Assembly (NCBI GenBank): GCA_016200225.1
Contig: JACQFD010000025.1
Location: 23,184 to 87,183 of the forward strand
Source: Planctomycetota bacterium
GTDB lineage: Bacteria > Planctomycetota > UBA1135 > JACQFD01
Reading direction: 5' to 3'
DNA length: 64,000 nucleotides
Shown: positions 1 through 9,166 of the stretch, one piece after another
Position numbering within the stretch: the stretch's first letter is position 1
How the letters are laid out: each line of letters opens with the position of its first letter
The notes under the pieces: model-generated
Told to the model about the DNA's origin: nothing
The model's database searches: none
Seen by the model: the letters and a program-made list of their open reading frames with translations, nothing else
Made by a program: the position numbers and the translations under genes

Positions 1-2259
1 CTGTTATCCAATCCGGATCCGTTGATCACGGGGCCGGTGCTCTCTCTACTCGGACGTTACAATTTGGTCGATGACTTTGCAAATGACGTCGAGAATGCGG
101 CGACGCGATTGATGGAATCGTTAAGAAACGAAAAAACTCCGGAAGCGGCGCGCGTGCGGGCGTTTTCGATTTTAGTGAATATAACACTACACCGCGACGC
201 GGCGATCGAATCGGCGGCGACGCTGCTCTCCGCGTCCTCGAAACCGGAGTCGCAGCTTGCGGTACTCGAACAGATCGCGCGCGGAGGTTACGAATCGGCG
301 GGCGGGATACTGTGCGATGCCGTCGTTTCGCTGACGGGCGCCGTCCGCGACCGTGCTTTTGATATATTAGTCGAACGTAAAATCTGGTCATTACAAATGA
401 TCGAGCGCATCGAAAACGGCGACGTCGCGCCCGCCGCGCTCGGCCCGCATAAAATACATAAACTAAGATCCAACCCCGACGCGGCCGTGGCCGCGCGCGC
501 GGTCTCGGCGTTCGAAAAAATCATGGGTCCCGAAAACAGAAAAGTCGACGAAACCGTGGCGCGCATTCTGCCCGAAGTCGATCGACCGGGCGACGCTGCG
601 AACGGAAAATTAGTATTTACAAAAAACTGCGCGGTCTGCCACACGGCATTCGGCGAAGGTGGAAAAGTCGGCCCCGAAATCAGCGGCATCGGCACGCACG
701 GCGCGCGAACTCTGTTGCCTACAATTCTGGATCCGAATCGCGAGGTCGAGCCGGCCTACTCCGAATGGATCGCGTGGCGGCGCGACGGGCGTTCGGTCGC
801 GGGCGTGCTCGTGCGCGAGTCCGAGCGATCCGTAATGTTGCGTTCGAGCGCCGGCGAATTTGATATTCCGCGCGACGAATTGTCCGATTTAAAGAATACG
901 GGCCGCTCGCCGATGCCCGGCGGATTCGAGGCGCTCGGCGCGGCGAATCTGCGCGATTTGATCACTTACCTTTCCGGCGGTTATTCGGGTTTTCGCGTTC
1001 TGAATATTCGAAAGGTCGCGACTTCGAACACCCACGCGGGACTTTATGATACAAAACGCGACCCGAAACCGATGACGTTTCGAAAATATGGAATTGTGGA
1101 TTTGAAGGGCGTTCCATTCGAAATTCTCGACCCCGTGCGCAGCGACAGCGGTAATAATTGTATTGTGTTGAAGGGCGGGCAGGTCGCCGACTGGGAGTCG
1201 AAAAAGTTAAAACCACAAAAAGTCGAGATTGCGGCGGGATTTCCGATTGTTAAAGTTCACGTGATCGGCGGCATCGGCGCGTGGGCGTATCCGACGTCGA
1301 ATGCCATCAAACCGATTCTCAAATGGACGTGGAAGTACGCCGACGGGACGACGGAGGAGACGATACTAAAAAACGGCGTCGAATTCGCGGACTGGATCGG
1401 GCACTTCGACGTTCCGGGCTCCGAATACGTCGACGAACTGTTAAAATCCGACTCGTGGGGCCAGGTGCGCCGCCACGCGGTCGCGCCAAAACAACAAAAA
1501 GTCGTCGATTCGATCGTCCTCGAAAGTTATGACAACGAACTCGCGCCGACGTTGATCGCGCTCACGGCGGAACTACCGGGCGCGTCCGCGAAACCGGTCG
1601 CAACCGCGCCGCCACCGCCTCCTCTTGATTTATTTATTTTCGGAGGCGGATCGAGCCACGATTTCGATCATTGGTTTCGCGACGCCGATCTCGCGACGCT
1701 GCGCGCCGCCGGAATTGTAAGTTCGGATTACGGCGACCGGCCGTCCGAATTGACGCCGCGGCTCGAACAGTTGAAAACGCTCGTGCTCTGCGCGAACCAA
1801 CCGCTCGCGGATCCGGCGTTTCGCGCGGGATTTCAACAATTCATCGCGCGCGGCGCCGGCCTCGTGATTTTGCATCCGTCGAATTGGTATAATTGGAGCG
1901 ACTGGCCGGAATTTAATAAAAACCTGGTCGGCGGCGGCGCGCGCGGCCACGAAGCGCTCGGCGAATTCGAGGTCCGCGTCGTGAAACCCGATCATCCGAT
2001 CGCGAAAGACGTGCCCGCGACGTTCCGCATCACCGATGAGTTATATCAATTCAACCGCGACGCCGCGGGCGCGGAAATCGAAGTGATCGCGATCGGAAAA
2101 TCGTTAAAATCCGGCGCCGAATTTCCCGTCGTCTGGACGGTCGCGCGTGCAGTCGGACGGACGGCGTGCGTGACGCTTGGCCACGACGGATCCGCGCACG
2201 AACTGCCCGCGTTTAAAACTATATTAACCAATGCCGCGAAATGGGCCGGCAATCCATAA
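1..2259 (+). CDS. 5'-truncated PVC-type heme-binding (CxxCH) membrane dehydrogenase-like protein with C-terminal ThuA-like domain
   Basis: Frame is open from base 1. GKLVFTKNCAVCH...GKVGPEI...ILDPNREV...SPMPGGF matches the planctomycete putative heme-binding domain. C-terminal GGGSSHDF...DELY...TLGHD is ThuA-like. Confidence 0.8.
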   Translation: MLSNPDPLITGPVLSLLGRYNLVDDFANDVENAATRLMESLRNEKTPEAARVRAFSILVNITLHRDAAIESAATLLSASSKPESQLAVLEQIARGGYESAGGILCDAVVSLTGAVRDRAFDILVERKIWSLQMIERIENGDVAPAALGPHKIHKLRSNPDAAVAARAVSAFEKIMGPENRKVDETVARILPEVDRPGDAANGKLVFTKNCAVCHTAFGEGGKVGPEISGIGTHGARTLLPTILDPNREVEPAYSEWIAWRRDGRSVAGVLVRESERSVMLRSSAGEFDIPRDELSDLKNTGRSPMPGGFEALGAANLRDLITYLSGGYSGFRVLNIRKVATSNTHAGLYDTKRDPKPMTFRKYGIVDLKGVPFEILDPVRSDSGNNCIVLKGGQVADWESKKLKPQKVEIAAGFPIVKVHVIGGIGAWAYPTSNAIKPILKWTWKYADGTTEETILKNGVEFADWIGHFDVPGSEYVDELLKSDSWGQVRRHAVAPKQQKVVDSIVLESYDNELAPTLIALTAELPGASAKPVATAPPPPPLDLFIFGGGSSHDFDHWFRDADLATLRAAGIVSSDYGDRPSELTPRLEQLKTLVLCANQPLADPAFRAGFQQFIARGAGLVILHPSNWYNWSDWPEFNKNLVGGGARGHEALGEFEVRVVKPDHPIAKDVPATFRITDELYQFNRDAAGAEIEVIAIGKSLKSGAEFPVVWTVARAVGRTACVTLGHDGSAHELPAFKTILTNAAKWAGNP

Positions 2260-2294
2260 TTCAAAATAAATTGAATAAACGAACATAGTTAATA

Positions 2295-3167
2295 ATGAAA
2301 AACAATTCATCCAATGCGCCGCACCTCCAGCGTGCCAATATACTGAAACGATTTCGCGAACAGATCGCCCGCGGCGTGCCGATCATCGGGGGCGGCGCCG
2401 GCACGGGGATTTCAGCGAAAAGCGAGGAAGCCGGCGGCATCGATTTATTGATTGTTTATAATTCCGGACGTTACAGAATGGCGGGTCGCGGTTCGACGGC
2501 GGGATTGATGCCCTACGGCAACGCGAATCAGATCGTCAAAGAAATGGCGTACGAGATTCTTCCGGTTGTAAAAAAAACGCCGGTGCTCGCCGGCGTATGC
2601 GGCACGGATCCGTTCATAATTCCGCGGCTTTTTCTTCGCGAATTAAAAGAATTGGGATACGCGGGAATACAAAACTTTCCAACCGTCGGGCTCATCGAGG
2701 GCGAATTGCGCGCGACGCTCGAGGAAACCGGAATGGGTTTCAGTCTCGAAGTCGATTGCGTCGCGCTCGCTCATAAAATGGATTTGTTAACGACGCCGTA
2801 CGCGTTCAATGTTAACGAAGCGACGGCGATGGCGAAAGCCGGCGCGGACATCGTCGTGGCGCACATGGGCTGCACGAGCGGCGGCTCGATCGGCGCGAAA
2901 AGCGTAAAATCGCTCGACGACTGCGTCGGATGGATACAACAGATCGTCGACGCGGCGAAACGCGTCCGAAAAGATATTATATGTCTGTGCCACGGCGGAC
3001 CGATTGCGATGCCATCCGACGCCCAATATATTATCGATCGCGTCGCCGGCATCGACGGTTTTTACGGCGCGAGTTCGACGGAACGCCTGCCCGTGGAAAT
3101 CGCGATTCGCAAACAAATCGAATCGTTCAAATCGATCCGGCTGCCGCGCCGTTCGCCGAAGAAATGA
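2295..3167 (+). CDS. Phosphoenolpyruvate hydrolase-like TIM-barrel protein
   Basis: [39 protein letters not shown] and [12 protein letters not shown] are motifs of this family. Confidence 0.9.
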   Translation: MKNNSSNAPHLQRANILKRFREQIARGVPIIGGGAGTGISAKSEEAGGIDLLIVYNSGRYRMAGRGSTAGLMPYGNANQIVKEMAYEILPVVKKTPVLAGVCGTDPFIIPRLFLRELKELGYAGIQNFPTVGLIEGELRATLEETGMGFSLEVDCVALAHKMDLLTTPYAFNVNEATAMAKAGADIVVAHMGCTSGGSIGAKSVKSLDDCVGWIQQIVDAAKRVRKDIICLCHGGPIAMPSDAQYIIDRVAGIDGFYGASSTERLPVEIAIRKQIESFKSIRLPRRSPKK

Positions 3168-3190
3168 TTTTTACATAAAATATTATTTAT

Positions 3191-3604
3191 ATGTGCGCCG
3201 AACACTTCCTCAAATTTGTCACGTCCGCCGAGGCGAAAGTGGAATTGTTGCCTTGGGGGCCGCACGAGTGGTTCTCGCGGCCGGACTTGACCGGCGCGAA
3301 ACAGATACAAGTCGTGCGCGTCACGATGCCGCCGGGCAAAGCCCACGCGTTTCACCGGCATCCTTGCATGGAGGAAGTGTTATATTACATTTCCGGGAAG
3401 GCGGAACAGTGGGTGGGCCGCGAAAAAAGAATCGTTCGCGCTGGCGAGACCGCGTTCGTGCCGATAAACGAAGTTCACGGAACTTATAATATATTTAACG
3501 ATCCGCTCGTTTTTCTTGCGATTCTGTCTCCGGCCGAATTCGACGGCCCCGCGCTGATCGACGTGTCGATGGACGAGCCGTGGCGTTCGATTCGAAGTGG
3601 TTAG
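3191..3604 (+). CDS. Cupin domain protein
   Basis: HAFHRHP..EEVLYYISG and AGETAFVP..VHG cupin metal motifs. Confidence 0.85.
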   Translation: MCAEHFLKFVTSAEAKVELLPWGPHEWFSRPDLTGAKQIQVVRVTMPPGKAHAFHRHPCMEEVLYYISGKAEQWVGREKRIVRAGETAFVPINEVHGTYNIFNDPLVFLAILSPAEFDGPALIDVSMDEPWRSIRSG

Positions 3605-3795
3605 GGCAAAGGCGCGGCGCTCGAAGGGTGCCGGCATTGGAGCTTTGGATCCGCCGGGCGTGAAATCGCGGTGATTGGAAATAGGACCTTGGCAATTTTC
3701 GGCGCGTCGGTGATCCTATTGAATTCACCCCCCGCGAATGGGCACGCACCCCTTCGGCGGACCTGGCCGAACCCGCATCCATTGGAACCTCAACG

Positions 3796-5460
3796 ATGAA
3801 ATCTTTAATCGAACTATCAGTTATGTTCACGGCGCTTTCGGGCGCGGCGTTCAGCCAGTCGACGGTATTAACGATTGCCGCGCCGTCCGGATCGTCAACA
3901 TTCGGACAATCGACCGCGATCGTGGGCGACGTCAACGGCGACGGCGTTAAAGATATCATCGTCGGCGACGCCGCTTACAATTCCTTCACGGGACGCGTAA
4001 ATGTATATTCCGGCGCGACGGGCGGATTGATATATACTTATCAATCCGGATCGTTGGGATATTCTTTCGGCAAATCGGTGGCCGGCGTCGGAGATATCAA
4101 TTTGGACGGACGCGACGATTTTATCGTGGGCGCGCCCCAGGACCAGTGCGATTGCGCGTTCCTCGGAGGTTTTGCAAGAGTATATTCCGGCATCAACGGA
4201 TCCTTAATATATCAATTGTCGTGGGGGAGCGAGTCGTGGGCCGGTTGGGCCGTTTCGGCGGCCGGCGACGCCAATGCCGACGGCGTGCCGGACTTTATGA
4301 TAGGAATTCCCGGATTCCCGATCTGGTCGACCGGCACCGGTCGCGCAACGGTGCGATCCGGCGCCGACTCGTCCGTACTTTATTTATTTTCAGGCGCGGC
4401 GTCGGGCGATTTCTTCGGCGGGGCGGTTTCGGCGGCCGGCGACGTCGACCTCGACGGGCGGATCGATTTCGCGGTGGGCTCGCCGCAATCGCTGTTGCCG
4501 CCGTACGGAAAAGGTTATGTTTCGGTTTACTCCGGAGCGACCGGTTCGTTAATATATACAAAAATCGGCGATGCGGCGGGAGATGCGCTCGGTTATAACG
4601 TCGCTTCCGCGGGCGACGTCGATCGCGACGGACGCCCGGATTTGCTCGTCGGCGCGCCCGGCGCGGCCGCGTGGGCGGGGAAAGTTAAGATCCTCTCCGG
4701 CGCGACGGGAAACACGATTACTACATTTAACGGCATGGCCGCGGGCGACGCACTCGGACTTTCGATCGCCGGTTGCGGCGACAGCGATCTCGACGGTTAC
4801 GCCGACTTCGCGATCGGTTCGCCGTTCGCGCAGGTTGGGATTCACCCCGCGGCCGGAAGAGTCGACGTGATTTCCGGGCGGCTGATGAATACTAAATATT
4901 CAATCACCGGAACTGTAAACAACGACGGATTTGGAGCCGAAATCGACGGCGGCGCGGATATTAATTTAGATTCGTTTCCGGAATTGCTCGTCGGCAATCC
5001 ATCGAATGCGGGAGCCGCGGGCGCAACGGTTATTTCGCTCGTTCCAGTCGGACTGTCCGAATACAGTTTCGGAACGCCGGGATGCAACGGTTTTCACCGA
5101 ATGCTCGCGGATTCGGTGCCGAATATAGGTAATAATACATTTGGCATCGTTTGCGATCACGCGCCGCAGTCGTCGCTCGGACTCCTCATTATCACCAACG
5201 AGCAGGACATTCCCGGGACGGATGTGTTTAGTCTCGGAATTCTCATGCATTGCGGTTTCGTGAACGCCACCGAACTGTTCGCTTTCGATATTTATAGCGA
5301 TGATCACGGGTTCGGACTCGCGACCGCGTCGATTCCCAATAATCCAAATCTGATCGGAAATCACTATTACGGCCAGTCGGTCTGGGCCTTCCCCGCTCCG
5401 TGCGGCATCAACCCGTTCGGTCTCAGCAGTTCGCGCGGATTGGCGATCACGATTCAGTAA
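3796..5460 (+). CDS. Secreted FG-GAP/integrin-alpha repeat beta-propeller protein with conserved C-terminal domain
   Basis: Signal peptide and about 7 repeats of FG.sVa.aGDvngDG..DfiVGaP, followed by a ~135-aa C-terminal domain also found in the 35184 protein. Confidence 0.9.
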   Translation: MKSLIELSVMFTALSGAAFSQSTVLTIAAPSGSSTFGQSTAIVGDVNGDGVKDIIVGDAAYNSFTGRVNVYSGATGGLIYTYQSGSLGYSFGKSVAGVGDINLDGRDDFIVGAPQDQCDCAFLGGFARVYSGINGSLIYQLSWGSESWAGWAVSAAGDANADGVPDFMIGIPGFPIWSTGTGRATVRSGADSSVLYLFSGAASGDFFGGAVSAAGDVDLDGRIDFAVGSPQSLLPPYGKGYVSVYSGATGSLIYTKIGDAAGDALGYNVASAGDVDRDGRPDLLVGAPGAAAWAGKVKILSGATGNTITTFNGMAAGDALGLSIAGCGDSDLDGYADFAIGSPFAQVGIHPAAGRVDVISGRLMNTKYSITGTVNNDGFGAEIDGGADINLDSFPELLVGNPSNAGAAGATVISLVPVGLSEYSFGTPGCNGFHRMLADSVPNIGNNTFGIVCDHAPQSSLGLLIITNEQDIPGTDVFSLGILMHCGFVNATELFAFDIYSDDHGFGLATASIPNNPNLIGNHYYGQSVWAFPAPCGINPFGLSSSRGLAITIQ

Positions 5461-5475
5461 GGTGCCGCGCGACAA

Positions 5476-6126
5476 TTGAAGCATCGACCGCTCGCGGCCT
5501 GTATTGTAATATCATCGATCGCCGGCTGCCGCACGCCGGTTGGAAGTTATCTTGAAGACCGCGTAAACGACACGCTCGACGTCGTGCCGATAACAGTTTC
5601 GTTCGGACCGGGGCTCTTCGCGGGCGTCCAGGCGACGCCGTTTTTCGGTACAGGATTCGGCGTCGCGAAGGAATGGTTACGATTCGGATGGTTGAAGACG
5701 AAAAGTTATAATGCGGAGACACGGCTCGATTTGCAGAGAATGTTCCTGGCATCGTCGGGATTCACCGGCGGAACGCTGCTCGCATGGGCGCACGTGGTCG
5801 AAGTCGCGAATGCGGCCGCGGACGGTGGCACGACGTCGGCGCTCAACGCCGGAAATTCGCTATTGTTTATACCGATGATTCCGTTTCATCTCGGCGATCA
5901 TCCATATTTCGACGCGGTTTCCAGTCTTAATATCGAGGTCGACTTGCACGTGGCCATCATCGGCGTCCACGTGGGCATTTCGCCGGTCAATGCCGTCGAC
6001 TGGCTGCTTGGCTGGTTCTCGATCGATTTTGCCGGCGACGATATGAATCTTCGGTTTCCGCGCGAAGCGAAAATCATCGAAAAGGCAATCGATAAAGAAA
6101 GCCCCGCGCCGCGCGGCAACGAATAA
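5476..6126 (+). CDS. Hypothetical lipoprotein
   Basis: TTG start 16 nt after the upstream stop; lipobox-like IAGC; no family recognised. Confidence 0.6.
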   Translation: MKHRPLAACIVISSIAGCRTPVGSYLEDRVNDTLDVVPITVSFGPGLFAGVQATPFFGTGFGVAKEWLRFGWLKTKSYNAETRLDLQRMFLASSGFTGGTLLAWAHVVEVANAAADGGTTSALNAGNSLLFIPMIPFHLGDHPYFDAVSSLNIEVDLHVAIIGVHVGISPVNAVDWLLGWFSIDFAGDDMNLRFPREAKIIEKAIDKESPAPRGNE

Positions 6127-6130
6127 ACTG

Positions 6131-6700
6131 TCAGGCCATTTTTGATAATTTAACGACGGTGTTCCAGTTGCGCGTCGTCGCGCGGACGTCAAATGTATCT
6201 TCGATGAATTTATTAGGAAACCCGGGGCGGCCGTCGATGCGCCGGGCAATCGTATAGAATTCTCGACCGGAGACGCGAATGACTTCGACGTCTTTTCTGG
6301 GCGAAACGAGCGGGAGTTTGGATACTTTAGGAGGCGCACCGGAGATAAAAGTAATATATGGTTTCGGCGCATTGTCTTCGTTATATTTAATGAACGGTTC
6401 GATCGCGGCGATGGCGCGCATTTCGTCGGCCGTGCGCAGGAATATTTCGATGCGATGGCCGAGCGTTCTTTGCAATCCCGCCTCGATCCGCGCGGCCAGC
6501 GCGCTCTCGTCCCGCGCATCCGCGTCGAAAAGCACGTTTCCGCTTTGTATATACGTAACGACGTTCTCGAATCTTAACGATCGAAACGCGCCCGCAAGCG
6601 CCTCCATTTTAATGATCTTCTGTCCCGCAACATTGATGCCGCGCAACAGTGCGACGTGGCGGTGCTCGTCGATTTTCGCATTCGCGAGTTTTTTTAACAT
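6131..6700 (-). CDS. DUF1697 family protein
   Basis: VALLRGINVAG, VVTYIQSGNVLF and TTRNWNTV motifs; ATG at 6700 preferred over TTG at 6721. Confidence 0.9.
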   Translation of the reverse strand: MLKKLANAKIDEHRHVALLRGINVAGQKIIKMEALAGAFRSLRFENVVTYIQSGNVLFDADARDESALAARIEAGLQRTLGHRIEIFLRTADEMRAIAAIEPFIKYNEDNAPKPYITFISGAPPKVSKLPLVSPRKDVEVIRVSGREFYTIARRIDGRPGFPNKFIEDTFDVRATTRNWNTVVKLSKMA

Positions 6701-6862
6701 AATTCGGAAGGGCGGGGTCAAGTGTAACGAAACCGCGAGCGTCGCGCGATGGCGACGCGTTCGGAAAATTCGTGGCCGGACGCGGAATCGCGCCGCGGGC
6801 GGATGCCGTTTGCACCTTCGGTCATTTCAGCCGGCCGAGGCCAAATAGCGAAAGAAGTCATC

Positions 6863-7321
6863 ATGACGCCAAAACATTCGCTTCCATCGTTCTTGAATAA
6901 TATTATTGATGATAGAACATACCAAAAGTGGCTGCATCGAAAAGCCGCCGCGCACGTAAAGCGCGACCGCTCTCGAGATCCGAGTTGTAATATTTCCGAA
7001 TATAAAGGTGCGATTCACGCCGCCGTGAAAGAGTCCAACGGCAACGACCATTACACGGGAGAACCGCTCGCATGGGACCAGATCAGTAAGTATAATAATG
7101 AAGAGTCAAAGCGACGCCGCCATGAATACAAAGCGGAATTCGCAATGCTTCCTACGGTCGATCACATCGCCGCGGGCGCCAAAAAAGCGACGTTCTGCAT
7201 TTGTAGTTGGCGGACCAACGATGCGAAGAACGATCTTTCGCGCGACGAGTTTTATAAATTATGCGCGAAAGTGCTGAAACACGCGGGGTATCGCGTCGAA
7301 AGGGCTCTCGTTAATTGTTGA
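6863..7321 (+). CDS. Hypothetical protein with HNH/His-Me finger-like nuclease motif
   Basis: DHYTGEPL...PTVDHI...ICSWRTNDAKND resembles an HNH core; ATG at 6863. Confidence 0.6.
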   Translation: MTPKHSLPSFLNNIIDDRTYQKWLHRKAAAHVKRDRSRDPSCNISEYKGAIHAAVKESNGNDHYTGEPLAWDQISKYNNEESKRRRHEYKAEFAMLPTVDHIAAGAKKATFCICSWRTNDAKNDLSRDEFYKLCAKVLKHAGYRVERALVNC

Positions 7322-7344
7322 TATTATAATCATTTCGCCGCGCC

Positions 7345-8886
7345 TCAATCCATGTGCGCGACCACGCGTTCGTCGCCCATTTGTAATTTTGGAGTCAGGC
7401 GCTGGACGACTTTCGCGCCGGCCATCGACAGAACGCTAATGAAACTCTTCTTCACGACGCGCGACCCGAAGTCGACGGGCGCCCACGTCTGCGGTCCGCG
7501 CATTCCCTGCGCGCGACGGTAGAGCATGTTCTGTTCGGTGACGAGCCACTCCGAATAAAGCGCGTACATCGCGAGGAGGGGGCGCTTCAGCCATTTGTTA
7601 CGAACGGTCCGGCGCGCAAGCGGCATCAATTTGGGATGGCGCACGAGCAGCGGAAACCATTTGTGTAAATTCTCCACGGCGCATTTGTCGGGGATGTCGA
7701 TGCTCGCCGTTCTATTAAATTGCGACGGAAAATTGTCATATTCCGCGACGGCGATTCCCATGTTGCGCGTGATTTCGTTAATTTCAAATTCGGGATAGGG
7801 TTGGACGATCGAGCAGAGCGGGTGGTCGACTTTGCATTCGATGTTCAATTGTATCGTCGCGAAGTCGTCTTCGAGCGTGCCGCCCGGCGCGCCGAGCATA
7901 TTTAACGATCCAAGCCGGATGCCGTGTTTTTTGATCCAACCGGCCGCGTCGGTCAGATGTTTGCGATCCGTGTTTTTGCGAAAAATAGTATTTCGAATAT
8001 AATCGTTCGCGGCTTCGAACGCGATGCGCGCGTATACGCAGCCCGCGTGTTTCAATTGTTTAATATGTTCTTCTTTCGTCATATTCGCCATCAAGATGGC
8101 GTCGAAGGGGACTCCGACCTCCTTCGGCCAACGTTCGGAGAATTCCGCCAGCCAGTCGCCGCGAACATTAAATATATCGTCGACGAAGTGTACAAATTGC
8201 AGCGGGTATTTTTCGCGCAACTGTTGCACTTCCGCGATCACGTGACTCACGGAGCGTTTGCGCACGTATTCGCTGAGGCGCGCTTCGTATATTTTGCCGC
8301 GCCAGACGTGGTGGAAACAAAAACTACAACTCATCGGACAGCCGCGCTGCGTCGAAATGACTTTTCGCGGACTGTTTCTGTAAAGAGGCTCGGCGTCGTA
8401 TATCACCGAACGGTCGGGGATGCCGATCGAGTCGAGATCCTTTATGAGCGGCCGGAGCGGATTTTTGTGTAGTGTTCCGTCGGCGTCGGCCCACGCGAGG
8501 TTTTGTATCGAATGCCAGTCGCCGCCCTTTTCGAGCGTATTTAACAATTCGACGAGCGCGCCTTCGCCTTCGCCGAGACAGATCGCGTCGACGCCCGGCT
8601 GTTTCGCCGAATCGGGCACGAATGTGACATGCGGCCCGCCGAGCAATGTAAAGAATTGAAACTTTGATTTTAAGTATCGATTTAAGCTAAAGATCGGGAC
8701 GTGATTTCCCGTCATGATCGAGAACGTCACTACGTGCGGCGCGTACTCGCGAATTTTCCGCAGCCAATGCGGATCCGGGAGACAAATCGCCTTCATGTCG
8801 TGCCCGGCGTCCTTCACGACGCGGCTCAGGACCATCGGGCCGAGCATTTCCTGCGGCAGAGTTCGAGTGATGTGGAGTACACGCAT
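7345..8886 (-). CDS. Cobalamin-binding radical SAM protein (class B methyltransferase-like)
   Basis: N-terminal B12-binding domain (LGGPHVTF, GEGE), RGCPMSCSFC CxxxCxxC motif and FVDDIF. Likely start MRVLHI at 8886. Confidence 0.9.
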   Translation of the reverse strand: MRVLHITRTLPQEMLGPMVLSRVVKDAGHDMKAICLPDPHWLRKIREYAPHVVTFSIMTGNHVPIFSLNRYLKSKFQFFTLLGGPHVTFVPDSAKQPGVDAICLGEGEGALVELLNTLEKGGDWHSIQNLAWADADGTLHKNPLRPLIKDLDSIGIPDRSVIYDAEPLYRNSPRKVISTQRGCPMSCSFCFHHVWRGKIYEARLSEYVRKRSVSHVIAEVQQLREKYPLQFVHFVDDIFNVRGDWLAEFSERWPKEVGVPFDAILMANMTKEEHIKQLKHAGCVYARIAFEAANDYIRNTIFRKNTDRKHLTDAAGWIKKHGIRLGSLNMLGAPGGTLEDDFATIQLNIECKVDHPLCSIVQPYPEFEINEITRNMGIAVAEYDNFPSQFNRTASIDIPDKCAVENLHKWFPLLVRHPKLMPLARRTVRNKWLKRPLLAMYALYSEWLVTEQNMLYRRAQGMRGPQTWAPVDFGSRVVKKSFISVLSMAGAKVVQRLTPKLQMGDERVVAHMD

Positions 8887-9166
8887 GATGCAAATCAATT
8901 GGTCCGAGGAAGTGGATCCAGTCGACACACGATTCGAGCCGCCGCGTGCTGACGCGACGCTTCGAAGGATCTGTCCATCGACAACTGTCAAATCGAGTGC
9001 CCGGCAGGCGACATGTACAACCAACAGATCCCGCCCGCGGCACTCGGGCAAGCGGCCCACCCCGCGCCTTAATAAACATCAAGGCCTTGGACATTCAGAT
9101 CGGACGCGCCGCCGCGTTATTTTTGCATCCGATTTGAATCGCGCGGGCTCATAGGGTTTCACAGCC

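Noticed and set aside
8887-9060. N-terminal extensions in the ORF track (also 23304-23480, 27259-27528, 38049-38201 and 44131-44298)
   Set aside because: They are non-homologous, some overlap neighbouring genes, and downstream ATGs give proper domain starts or signal peptides.
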